DNA of 30,429 bases from a virus. Lineage: Duplodnaviria; Caudoviricetes. Within the stretch, counting starts at the first letter, position 1, and the number at the start of each line of letters is the position of its first letter. The stretch covers positions 1-30,429 of IMG/VR virus record IMGVR_UViG_3300042329_000043. One strand, 5' to 3'. Below, piece after piece: positions 16,920-25,688 of the stretch. Under the pieces are notes generated by a model. That model was not told where the DNA came from, ran no database searches, and saw only the letters and a list, made by a program, of their open reading frames with translations. The position numbers and the translations under genes are program-made.

Positions 16920-17204
16920 ATGGAAATTAAACTATTAAGCGCAACTGCTATTTTACGCAAAACTTTATTAAAGTTAAAAATAAGTCGTGAGGAAATACAA
17001 GAAAAAAACGGACATAGAACGGACTTAATAAATTCAATGATTGAAACTGAAAACGAACTTTCGGAAGTATTAAACACTTTTTTAGTTCTGGAGAAACAAG
17101 CTCGTATTTTTTCGTCAAGTTCAAGCAGATTAGAACAATTAAATTTGGATTTAAAATTTAAAATTAAGGATTTAGAAAACGAAATTAAAGCAAATAATTT
17201 TTAA
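16920..17204 (+). CDS. Coiled-coil hypothetical protein
   Basis: ATG 16920 just after the helicase stop; heptad Leu pattern. Confidence 0.7.
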   Translation: MEIKLLSATAILRKTLLKLKISREEIQEKNGHRTDLINSMIETENELSEVLNTFLVLEKQARIFSSSSSRLEQLNLDLKFKIKDLENEIKANNF

Positions 17205-17205
17205 T

Positions 17206-17727
17206 ATGAAAAAATGTAAAAACTGTAAGGGAGAGTTTGTACCAATAAATTTTAATCAAAAGTATTGCTTTTCAACAGAATGCTTAAAAATATGGATTAC
17301 AATAGCTAAAGATAAAGAATGGAATAAAACAAAGTTTAAATTAAAAAATAGCTTAAAGACTAATCAACAATTAATGAAATTAGCACAAGTTCATTTTAAT
17401 AAATTTATAAGATTTAGAGATAAAGGAGAGAATTGCATTTCTTGTAATAAAGAAGCTAAAAAAGAAAACGCTGGGCATTATTATAGTCAAGGCGGTCATT
17501 CAGCAGTAAGATTTAACGAGGATAATGTTCATTTGCAGTGCGAACATTGCAACACTTATTTATCTGGCAATTTACTTAACTATCAAATTGGAATACAAAA
17601 GCGAATAGGTGGAGAACGATTAATTGAGTTACAATCTAAAGCGCATTTAGAAAAGAAATGGAGTAAGGATGAATTAAATGAAATTATAAAAATTTATAAA
17701 AATAAAGTAAAAAATGTTATTTATTAA
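17206..17727 (+). CDS. ninG: NinG/Rap-like recombination endonuclease
   Basis: N-terminal CxxC, FNKFIRFRD, CISC, AGHY, RFNEDNVHLQCEHCN. Confidence 0.85.
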   Translation: MKKCKNCKGEFVPINFNQKYCFSTECLKIWITIAKDKEWNKTKFKLKNSLKTNQQLMKLAQVHFNKFIRFRDKGENCISCNKEAKKENAGHYYSQGGHSAVRFNEDNVHLQCEHCNTYLSGNLLNYQIGIQKRIGGERLIELQSKAHLEKKWSKDELNEIIKIYKNKVKNVIY

Positions 17728-17738
17728 GATATTTTGTT

Positions 17739-17746
17739 TATATTTG
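17739..17746 (+). promoter_or_regulatory. Bacteroidota -7 promoter box
   Basis: TATATTTG followed by CATATAA in an intergenic gap. Confidence 0.6.
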
Positions 17747-17768
17747 CATATAATTAAAAACAAAGAAT

Positions 17769-17957
17769 ATGAAAGCAACAATTGAACAACTTGAAATGAT
17801 TGAAAAATTAAGATACAATTTTTGTATTAATGTAATGGATTATGGTTTTTATTCAGACGGAACAATAAGCGTTCGTTGTAATGATAATGACAAAGATATG
17901 TACCAAATACATTTAGATAAATTAGGCAAATATATAAACATAAAATATAATAAATAA
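17769..17957 (+). CDS. Hypothetical protein
   Basis: ORF directly downstream of a promoter box. Confidence 0.65.
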   Translation: MKATIEQLEMIEKLRYNFCINVMDYGFYSDGTISVRCNDNDKDMYQIHLDKLGKYINIKYNK

Positions 17958-17982
17958 TTACTAACCAATAAAACCAATAAAA

Positions 17983-18498
17983 ATGAAACACTTATTTAAA
18001 AGTTTAGCGGAATTTCAACAAGAAGTTCCAACTATTCACAAAGCGACGCAAGGTTATGGCTACACCTACGCAGATTTACCAAAAATCTTTGAAGTAATAA
18101 ACCCGCTACTAAAAAAGCACGGCTTAGGGTTTACACAATTGATTCACGGCACGGACTTAATAACAATTATTTTTCACGTTGAAAGCGGTGAAACTTTAGA
18201 AAGTAAAACGTCTATTCCTCAAAACGTAGCATTAAAGGGAATGAATGATTTTCAAGTTTTGGGTTCGGCAATTACTTATTTAAGGCGTTATGCTTTGTCA
18301 AGTGCTTTAGGATTAGTTACGGACAAAGACACCGACGCTGGAGGAGAACAAACAAAAAAAGAAGAAAAAAAGCCATTAATTGATAATAAACGTTTTGAAA
18401 AAGCTTTACAAGCTATAGTTGATGGAGGTTATAGTATTGAAGAATTAAAATTGAATTTTAATTTAACTGATTTACAATTAAAAGCTATTGAATTATGA
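17983..18498 (+). CDS. erf: ERF-family single-strand annealing protein
   Basis: YADL, HVESGE, GSAITYLRRYALSSALGL, DxD. Confidence 0.9.
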   Translation: MKHLFKSLAEFQQEVPTIHKATQGYGYTYADLPKIFEVINPLLKKHGLGFTQLIHGTDLITIIFHVESGETLESKTSIPQNVALKGMNDFQVLGSAITYLRRYALSSALGLVTDKDTDAGGEQTKKEEKKPLIDNKRFEKALQAIVDGGYSIEELKLNFNLTDLQLKAIEL

Positions 18499-19178
18499 AT
18501 GATATTATAAAAATTAGATGTTCTGCTATTGGTAGAATAATGACGAGTTCTAAAACAAAAGGAGAACAATTATCAAAAACTACAAAAAGTTACATACAAG
18601 AATTAGCTTTGGAAAATAAATATGGTGTTTTAAAGGAGTTTAGTTCTAAATACACAGATAAAGGTAATGAAGTAGAAAATGAATCTATAGCGCTTACGAT
18701 GGATGTTTTAAATTTAGGATTTATTTATAAAAATGAAGATCATTATAGTAATGAATGGATAAAAGGTACTCCAGATGTATGCAATGATGAAGTATTGTTA
18801 GATGTTAAAAGCAGTTGGGATGCTACAACGTTTCCATTTTTTGCCAATGATGTGCCAAATAAAGATTACTATTATCAATTACAAGGTTATATGTGGCTAA
18901 CGGATAAACAAACTTCATTGCTATGTTATTGTTTAATAAATACACCATTACAAATAGTTGAAGATGAGGTTAGAAGAGAACATTGGAAACAATATGCTAT
19001 AGACGAAAGAAAAGAAATAAGAGATTTTGTTGAAGCAAAACATAATTTTAATCATATACCAAAAGAAAAAAAGGTAAAGGTATTTGAAATAGAAAGAGAC
19101 GAAGACACAATAAATGAAATTAAAGAAAAGGTAAAATTGTGTAGAGAATATTATAACCAAATAATAGAAATAATATAA
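18495..19178 (+). CDS. YqaJ/lambda-exonuclease-like PD-(D/E)XK exonuclease
   Basis: KGNEVE, GTPD, DVKSS, YYYQLQGYM; next to ERF. Confidence 0.8.
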   Translation: MNDIIKIRCSAIGRIMTSSKTKGEQLSKTTKSYIQELALENKYGVLKEFSSKYTDKGNEVENESIALTMDVLNLGFIYKNEDHYSNEWIKGTPDVCNDEVLLDVKSSWDATTFPFFANDVPNKDYYYQLQGYMWLTDKQTSLLCYCLINTPLQIVEDEVRREHWKQYAIDERKEIRDFVEAKHNFNHIPKEKKVKVFEIERDEDTINEIKEKVKLCREYYNQIIEII

Positions 19179-19210
19179 ATTAAATAGTAATTAATTAAAA
19201 ACAAATAAAA

Positions 19211-19591
19211 ATGAAAGTAACAGGCAAGATCCACTTTGTTGGAGAAATTAGAACAGTAAGTGACAAGTTTAAATCAAAGGATATCGTTTTATTGACAGAC
19301 GAAACATATCCACAGTACATAACAATTCAGTTAACACAAGGCAAAACTGAATTAATAAGCCAAAACAACATAGGCGAACAAGTAGAAGTTAGTATTAATT
19401 TACGAGGTCGTAAATGGGAAAGTCCAACAGGAGAAATTAAGTATTTCAATACTATCGAAGGTTGGCAAATTAACGTTGCTGCTAATGAAACTTTTAACGC
19501 TGAAAAATTCGCGAATAAAGAAGCGGACAAAATGTTTAGAAAAGATATTGTTCAAGAATTAGAAGACGAACAAGACGATTTACCTTTTTGA
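19211..19591 (+). CDS. DUF3127-family single-stranded DNA-binding protein
   Basis: YPQYI, INLRGRKW, YFNTIEGW and acidic DDLPF tail. Confidence 0.8.
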   Translation: MKVTGKIHFVGEIRTVSDKFKSKDIVLLTDETYPQYITIQLTQGKTELISQNNIGEQVEVSINLRGRKWESPTGEIKYFNTIEGWQINVAANETFNAEKFANKEADKMFRKDIVQELEDEQDDLPF

Positions 19592-19617
19592 TATGAAAGC
19601 AACATAAATTTAGAAAC

Positions 19618-19833
19618 ATGTATATAGACGATAACAATTTACGTTCTCATTTAATAAAACTATTGAAAACAAAAACACGCAATCAAATTGTAAAAGAAAT
19701 TCATAATCATGGATTAAAAATGCATCAATATAGCATAGACAAATTTTTACAAGGAAAACCTGTCAGTTTAGAAACGGTAAAAAAGATTGATAACTACGTT
19801 TATCGAAATGATAAACTCCCTTATAATTATTAA
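19618..19833 (+). CDS. Small putative HTH DNA-binding protein
   Basis: 71 aa basic; QYSIDKFLQGKPVSLETVKKI resembles an XRE-type HTH C-terminus. Confidence 0.5.
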   Translation: MYIDDNNLRSHLIKLLKTKTRNQIVKEIHNHGLKMHQYSIDKFLQGKPVSLETVKKIDNYVYRNDKLPYNY

Positions 19834-19909
19834 GTGTGGTTTTTATTAACAATAAATTGTTTAAAAAATAATCAATTGTTTGATTAAAATTTAATTATAT
19901 ATTTACAAA

Positions 19910-20443
19910 GTGGAATGGATAAATAAAGTAGTAAAACATCATAAAGAATGGGTTAAGATAGTTAACTCGTTTGGCGAATATTTCTTTGCTGAAGATATAG
20001 TGCAGGAAACTTATTTAATGCTTTTAAAATGGAGCAGCGAAGAAAAACTATTTACCAAAGGAAACTTAAATAAAGGTTATGTTTGGCTTGCGCTTAAAAA
20101 TACTTTTTTAATGAGTATAAGAAACGAAAACAAAATTCAAAAGGTTAATATTGAAAGCATAGTAATGCTTCAACAGGAACAAAATAATGAATTAAAACAT
20201 GAATCGTATTCAAGGTTGCTTACTATATTAGATGACGAAGTTTCTAATTGGCATTGGTATGATCAAAAACTATTTAAACTATATAAGGACAGTGATTTGT
20301 CAATGCGCGAAATAAGTAAAGAAACAAATATATCGGTTACATCTATATTTAATACTATTAAAAATTGCAAAACTAGAATAAACGAATCAGTAGGAGAAAC
20401 TTACGAAGATTATATAAATGAAGATTATGAACTAATAAAATGA
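19910..20443 (+). CDS. Phage ECF-like sigma-70 factor
   Basis: Region 2 AEDIVQETYL; region 4 HTH LSMREISKETNISVTSIFNTI; GTG start. Confidence 0.8.
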   Translation: MEWINKVVKHHKEWVKIVNSFGEYFFAEDIVQETYLMLLKWSSEEKLFTKGNLNKGYVWLALKNTFLMSIRNENKIQKVNIESIVMLQQEQNNELKHESYSRLLTILDDEVSNWHWYDQKLFKLYKDSDLSMREISKETNISVTSIFNTIKNCKTRINESVGETYEDYINEDYELIK

Positions 20444-20655
20444 AAATAGAAAAAAGTATTTTAAAGGAAATGATTTTATTTACTAAATTTAATTCTAAAC
20501 AATTAAAGCAACTTAATTTTAAGTTTTGGTTGTCTTGTGAATATAAAGAATTTCCAAAAACATTTTTAGGATTAAAAATAATTAAAACAAACATACTAAA
20601 AGACGAAACAATATTATTAGGAACGGAAGAACAATTTATTAAATATAACTTATAA
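20440..20655 (+). CDS. Hypothetical protein
   Basis: ATGA overlap with the sigma gene. Confidence 0.55.
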   Translation: MKIEKSILKEMILFTKFNSKQLKQLNFKFWLSCEYKEFPKTFLGLKIIKTNILKDETILLGTEEQFIKYNL

Positions 20656-20657
20656 TT

Positions 20658-21068
20658 ATGGCAAAGAAAAAACTAACTAAAATTGACATTGAAGAAAACA
20701 CAATTATCGAACCTACTGGATTAGGCGACACTATCGAAATTGTTTTAGAAAAAACGGGAATCGCAAAAGTAGCTAAATGGTTATTAGGCGAAGATTGTGG
20801 TTGCGATAAACGAAAGGAAAAACTTAATAAATTATTTTCTTATCATAGACCAAAATGTCTAACAGAAGAAGAATTTAATTATTTAAACGAAAGTAATGTT
20901 TTAGATCAAGGAACTTTTAAACCAAGTGAACAAATAGATGTGCTAAATATTTATAATAGAGTATTTAGCCAAAACAAAAAACCAGGATCATGTGCTAGTT
21001 GTTTTCGCGAAGTAGTCAATAGCTTAAATTTAGTAATAAAAGAATATAAAGAAGAAAAAGATGTCTAA
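20658..21068 (+). CDS. Cys-containing hypothetical protein upstream of the terminase
   Basis: GLGDTIE...TGI...DCGCDKRKEKLN and CASC motifs. Confidence 0.75.
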   Translation: MAKKKLTKIDIEENTIIEPTGLGDTIEIVLEKTGIAKVAKWLLGEDCGCDKRKEKLNKLFSYHRPKCLTEEEFNYLNESNVLDQGTFKPSEQIDVLNIYNRVFSQNKKPGSCASCFREVVNSLNLVIKEYKEEKDV

Positions 21069-21489
21069 AGTAGGAAGACCAAGAAACGTAGAAACACCTG
21101 ATGAAATGTACGTATTATTTAATTTATACAAAACATTTATATATGAGAACCCAAGAAATAAGTACATCATAAATCAACGCACAGGCGAATTAATGATAGA
21201 ACCACTAAGAGTGCCTTTAACCTTAGAAGGTTTTGAAGTATTTATTTATAAAAAATTTGGTTATTATATTGAACAATATTTTAAGAATATAAATAAAGCT
21301 TATGATGAATTTTTACCTATCTGTACGCACATACGCAAAGAGATCAGACAAGATCAAATTGAAGGTGGCATGGTTGGTCAATACAATCCATCAATTACAC
21401 AGCGCTTAAACAATCTTGCTGAAAGAACTGAAACAACACACATAGAACAACCTTTATTTCCAGATGTTAGTACGGACGACAGCGATTAA
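21061..21489 (+). CDS. terS: Terminase small subunit
   Basis: GRP N-terminus, PLTLEGF, GMVGQYNPSITQRL; overlaps the TerL start. Confidence 0.75.
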   Translation: MSKVGRPRNVETPDEMYVLFNLYKTFIYENPRNKYIINQRTGELMIEPLRVPLTLEGFEVFIYKKFGYYIEQYFKNINKAYDEFLPICTHIRKEIRQDQIEGGMVGQYNPSITQRLNNLAERTETTHIEQPLFPDVSTDDSD

Positions 21490-22624
21490 TAAAATATTAG
21501 CTTTAAAAAAGCGAGTTAAAATAATTCAAGGCGGAACATCTGCTGGAAAAACTTTTGGCATACTTCCTATATTAATAGATAAAGCAACTAAAACATCTAA
21601 CTTAGAAATAAGTGTTGTATCTGAATCAATACCGCATTTAAGAAGAGGAGCTTTAAAAGATTTTTTAAAAGTAATGAGATGGAGCAATAGATATATTGAT
21701 GATTCTTTCAATAAGTCTTTCCTTAAATATCAATTTTCTAATGGTAGTTATATAGAATTTTTTAGTGCAGATGATCCAAGCAAATTAAGAGGGGCAAGGC
21801 GTGACATTTTATACATTAATGAGTGCAACAACATTGAGTTTGAAGCATACAACGAACTATCAATTAGAACAAAGAAAGAAGTGTATTTAGATTTTAATCC
21901 TGCAAATGAGTTTTGGGTACACACTGAACTAAAAAACGAAGATGATACTGATTTTGTAATATTAACTTATAAAGACAACGAAGCACTTGATCAACGAATA
22001 ATTAATGAAATAGAAAAGAATCGCTCTAAAGCAACTACAAGTAGTTATTGGGCTAACTGGTGGCGAGTCTATGGATTAGGAGAAGTAGGAATGCTAGAAG
22101 GTGTTGTGTTTACAAATTGGAAAATTATTAATAACATACCTAATGAAGCAAAGCTAATTGGTTATGGATTAGATTTTGGTTTTACTAATGATCCAACTGC
22201 GATAATAGAAATATATAATTACAATGATCAAAGAATAGTAAACGAAATTTGTTTTCAAACAGGATTAGTTAATACTGAAATAGCAAAGAAGCTTCAAAAA
22301 AACGTAATAGCTTATGCTGATAGTAGTGAGCCAAAATCAATAGAAGAAATAAGAAGAACTGGACAACAAATTAAAGGTGTTACAAAAGGCAAAGACTCAA
22401 TAAATTTTGGCATACAAATTATGCAATCACAAAAATACTTGGTCACATCAAATAGTACTAATTTAATAAAAGAATTAAGAGCATATTGTTGGGATAAAGA
22501 TAAAACAGGAAAGCAATTAAATAAACCAATAGACAATTATAATCATGCTATTGATGCTTTACGTTACCACGAAATGGAATCGTTAGGCAAAAGTTCTAAC
22601 TTTGGTAAGTACTCAATTAAATGA
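21464..22624 (+). CDS. terL: Terminase large subunit (PBSX XtmB-like)
   Basis: QGGTSAGKT Walker A, YINE Walker B, DFNP, GLDFG, NHAIDALRY nuclease motifs. Confidence 0.95.
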   Translation: MLVRTTAINKILALKKRVKIIQGGTSAGKTFGILPILIDKATKTSNLEISVVSESIPHLRRGALKDFLKVMRWSNRYIDDSFNKSFLKYQFSNGSYIEFFSADDPSKLRGARRDILYINECNNIEFEAYNELSIRTKKEVYLDFNPANEFWVHTELKNEDDTDFVILTYKDNEALDQRIINEIEKNRSKATTSSYWANWWRVYGLGEVGMLEGVVFTNWKIINNIPNEAKLIGYGLDFGFTNDPTAIIEIYNYNDQRIVNEICFQTGLVNTEIAKKLQKNVIAYADSSEPKSIEEIRRTGQQIKGVTKGKDSINFGIQIMQSQKYLVTSNSTNLIKELRAYCWDKDKTGKQLNKPIDNYNHAIDALRYHEMESLGKSSNFGKYSIK

Positions 22625-22800
22625 CACAAGAAATTACATTAGAAGAAATGACAGCAGTAGTAGAAGATTATATCTATGAACGTAAAGGAAAACGAGTTAA
22701 AATAGTATTTAATAATTTAATGATGTTTCACAGGCATTTTCAATTACTATCAAGAGCATACGATATAGCATTAGCATATAACATTAAACAAAAATCTTAA
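22621..22800 (+). CDS. Hypothetical protein (59 aa)
   Basis: MTQEITLEEMTAVVEDYIYERKGKRVKI...; ATGA overlap with terL. Confidence 0.6.
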   Translation: MTQEITLEEMTAVVEDYIYERKGKRVKIVFNNLMMFHRHFQLLSRAYDIALAYNIKQKS

Positions 22801-22810
22801 TTATAATAAT
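22780..22810 (+). promoter_or_regulatory. Candidate phage late promoter AACA-N13-TTAATTATA-N5-ATG
   Basis: Motif shared with three other sites; heads the tail operon. Confidence 0.6.
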
Positions 22811-23503
22811 ATGAAGTTAGAATTAAATGTGCCAACTACTTTAAATGATATTACTTTATCTAAATATCAAGAATTTTTAAAGACTAAAATAGGCACAAAT
22901 GACGACACTATGTTAGCGGAAAAAATGATTCAAATTTTTTGTGACGTTAAACTTAAAGAAATAGTTAACATAAAACTTACAGACGTTCAAAAATTAGTTT
23001 TACACTTTAATGAGTTATTTTCAACAACACCAAAATTTAAACAAACATTTAAAATAAAAGATATTGAATTTGGATTTATTACAGATCTTGAAAATATAAG
23101 TTTTGGTGAATACGTAGATCTTGAAGAAAACTTAAAAAGTTGGGAGACTTATCATAAAGCAATGGCAGTAATGTATAGGCCAATTAAGCTAAAATACAAA
23201 AACACTTACGAATTATATGAATACACAGGAACAAGTGAATATTCAGATATAATGAAGTTTGCGCCACTTGATGTTGTATTAAGCTCTTCAGTTTTTTTTT
23301 GGAATTTAGGAAACGAATTACTACAAGTTACACTATCTTATTTGGAGAAGGAAATAAAGAAGAATCCGAAAATCACGGAAACTTTAGCGAAGCAACACAA
23401 TTTTCCAAACAATGGGGATGGTATCAGTCAATATATGCACTCGCTCAAGGCGATGTCACAAAATTTGACGATGTTACCAGAATGGGACTACTTAAATGTT
23501 TAA
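22811..23503 (+). CDS. Tail assembly chaperone-like protein (0-frame product)
   Basis: First gene of the tail operon; contains a T9 slippery run leading into an open -1 frame. Confidence 0.6.
   Translation: MKLELNVPTTLNDITLSKYQEFLKTKIGTNDDTMLAEKMIQIFCDVKLKEIVNIKLTDVQKLVLHFNELFSTTPKFKQTFKIKDIEFGFITDLENISFGEYVDLEENLKSWETYHKAMAVMYRPIKLKYKNTYELYEYTGTSEYSDIMKFAPLDVVLSSSVFFWNLGNELLQVTLSYLEKEIKKNPKITETLAKQHNFPNNGDGISQYMHSLKAMSQNLTMLPEWDYLNV
23291..23301 (+). other. Slippery site G-TTTTTTTTT-G for a -1 frameshift
   Basis: 0-frame GTT TTT TTT TGG; T-TTT-TTT heptamer in the correct phase; -1 frame open to 23571. Confidence 0.7.
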
Positions 23504-23571
23504 CATATTTAACATTTGAAAAACAAAAGAACGAAATAGAACAAAGACAACTTAAAAAGTATTTAAAATGA
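23299..23571 (+). CDS. -1 frameshift extension of the tail assembly chaperone (gpGT-like)
   Basis: Begins exactly at the T run; protein-like WGWYQSIYALAQGD; stop overlaps the next ATG (ATGA). Confidence 0.7.
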   Translation: MEFRKRITTSYTILFGEGNKEESENHGNFSEATQFSKQWGWYQSIYALAQGDVTKFDDVTRMGLLKCLTYLTFEKQKNEIEQRQLKKYLK

Positions 23572-24023
23572 ATGGATTTTACACAGCGATAGACAAACTT
23601 AAAGCGCACTTTGACGCAGACGCATTGGTTAATTCAGTAAGCGAAGGAGACATTTTCCAAGTTGATTTAGCTAAACAAACTATTTTTCCACTTGTTCATA
23701 TAATGGTCAATTCGTGTACATTTGAAGTAAACGTTTTGCGCTTTAATATTTCTTTAATTGCAATGGACATAGTTGATATTTCAAAGAACGAAAATACAGA
23801 TGTTTATTTAGGCAATGACAATACGCAAGACGCTTTAAATTCAACATTAGCAATATTAAACCGAGCATACGACATTATGTTGCATGGATCTTTAGCTTAT
23901 GATTTATACCAAATAGATGGCAATCCAACTTGTGAGCCTTTTACAGAACGATTTGAAAATCTTTTATCTGGTTGGACAATGACTTTTAGTGTATTAATTG
24001 CAAATGACATGACAATTTGTTAA
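23568..24023 (+). CDS. Tail terminator/completion protein (putative)
   Basis: 151 aa acidic; IFPLVHI and EPFTERFENLLSGW; tail-operon position. Confidence 0.55.
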   Translation: MNGFYTAIDKLKAHFDADALVNSVSEGDIFQVDLAKQTIFPLVHIMVNSCTFEVNVLRFNISLIAMDIVDISKNENTDVYLGNDNTQDALNSTLAILNRAYDIMLHGSLAYDLYQIDGNPTCEPFTERFENLLSGWTMTFSVLIANDMTIC

Positions 24024-24024
24024 T

Positions 24025-24567
24025 ATGGATAAAAGCGAACAATTAAAATCATTAGAAAAATTTAGAGATTATGTTATTCAACAAGCAAGAACAAAATTAA
24101 CACAGCTTAAAAAAAATAATACAAAAACTTTATATGAATCAATAAATGCTGAAACAAAAGTAATGCCTAATTCCATACGTGTTTATTTTAACATGTCAGA
24201 TTATGGATTTTTTCAAGATCAAGGAGTAAAAGGAGTTGGCGGTACAAGATCAACAACAAGTAAATTTAAAAGTACTAATAACAAAGGGAAAATGTGGAGA
24301 CAAAAAGCTCCAAATAGTCCGTTTAGTTTTAAAGAAGGTGTAAAACCAAGCGTAAAACATTTTAAAGAATGGAGTGCAAAAAAAGGTTTAAATGCATACG
24401 CAGTTCGTGAAAGTGTATATAGACAAGGAATAGCGCCAAGTTTATTTTTTACTACGCCATTTGAAAAAGCATTTAAGAATTTACCAGATGATTTAATAAA
24501 AGCTTATGGCTTAGAAGCCGAAGAAACATTTGACACAATAATGAAAGAAAACTTTAAAAATAATTAA
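24025..24567 (+). CDS. Neck/tail completion protein (HK97 gp10-like, putative)
   Basis: Basic; LYESI, YGFFQDQG, QGIAPSLFF pattern. Confidence 0.55.
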   Translation: MDKSEQLKSLEKFRDYVIQQARTKLTQLKKNNTKTLYESINAETKVMPNSIRVYFNMSDYGFFQDQGVKGVGGTRSTTSKFKSTNNKGKMWRQKAPNSPFSFKEGVKPSVKHFKEWSAKKGLNAYAVRESVYRQGIAPSLFFTTPFEKAFKNLPDDLIKAYGLEAEETFDTIMKENFKNN

Positions 24568-24569
24568 AA

Positions 24570-25688
24570 ATGGCATTACCTTCTCAAGATCACATATTTG
24601 TTCGAAGTCCGTTTATTATCGAAGTTGATGATCCAACACAAACTGGTTCAAAAGTTGAAATATTTATTTACAAGGCGAACGCCTTACCACCCGCAACACC
24701 GACTTACACGTTAAGCAAATTAATTCCAGCTTCAAACAACACGGTTACGCTTTACAATTTAAGCCCGTATATAAGGGAAAACATAACGCATCCAACAAGT
24801 CCAGATAATGCAAGCACAAATTTGCAATTAACGCCTTACGAAGAATATACTTTAGTTGATGTTTATACTTACAATCTAATTGGCGGTAATTACGTAGCGC
24901 AATTTAACGCAACTTACCGAGCGTTTGACGGCTTCGGTTATTATGAAACGGGAATTAACCCCGACTATTCTTTTGGACAAGCGGTTGTTTTAGCAGAGCA
25001 AATGCATTACAATTATTATTATGATCCTGCATACCCGACAACTGCTGAAAGTTTAGCGGGAACAATTACGGCTTACTTACCCGTTAATTTTATTGTTGAA
25101 TATACGGGGTTACAAACTGGAACAATATTTACTTATTCAGCGACAAGCTCAAGGGTATTTGATTTTTTTAGAGTTCCGCCATCAATGATTTCTGAAGGTG
25201 CAAAAGTTAAATTTTCAACCGCTCCAACACCTTTTGCGATTACTTTTTGGACTGGATATTTTAGACCCGTTGAAGAATGTAAATACGAACCAATAGTTTT
25301 GGACTTTATAAATAAATACGGAGGTTGGCAACGCGAAACTTTTTTTAAAGCAAGTTATGAAAATTTAGAAGTTCAATCGACTCCTTATAATTTTATGATG
25401 ACTATAGACGCTTTAACGTACGATGTTAAAGAAGGACAAAAACAAATATTTAATAATAATGGAAGTATAAAAATAAAAGTTAATTCTGGTTGGGTTGACG
25501 AAAAATTTTCAGAGAACTTACAACAACTTTTATTAAGCGAGCGAGTATTATGGATAAAAGACAATACAAAATTACCTATTAGAATAAATACAAAAAGTAT
25601 TAACAAAGAAAAGAATATAAATAATAAAAAGATAAATTATTCTTTAGATTTTGAAATGGCGTTTGATGTAATAAATAATGTAATTTAA
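24570..25688 (+). CDS. Tail structural protein (distal tail-like)
   Basis: 372 aa beta-rich; FINKYGGW and LQQLLLSERV; precedes the large tail-tip gene. Confidence 0.55.
   Translation: MALPSQDHIFVRSPFIIEVDDPTQTGSKVEIFIYKANALPPATPTYTLSKLIPASNNTVTLYNLSPYIRENITHPTSPDNASTNLQLTPYEEYTLVDVYTYNLIGGNYVAQFNATYRAFDGFGYYETGINPDYSFGQAVVLAEQMHYNYYYDPAYPTTAESLAGTITAYLPVNFIVEYTGLQTGTIFTYSATSSRVFDFFRVPPSMISEGAKVKFSTAPTPFAITFWTGYFRPVEECKYEPIVLDFINKYGGWQRETFFKASYENLEVQSTPYNFMMTIDALTYDVKEGQKQIFNNNGSIKIKVNSGWVDEKFSENLQQLLLSERVLWIKDNTKLPIRINTKSINKEKNINNKKINYSLDFEMAFDVINNVI

Noticed and set aside
20630-20660. Fifth copy of the late promoter motif before ORF 20658
   Set aside because: AACA is present, but the second box (TAACTTATA) and both spacings deviate; too weak in AT-rich DNA
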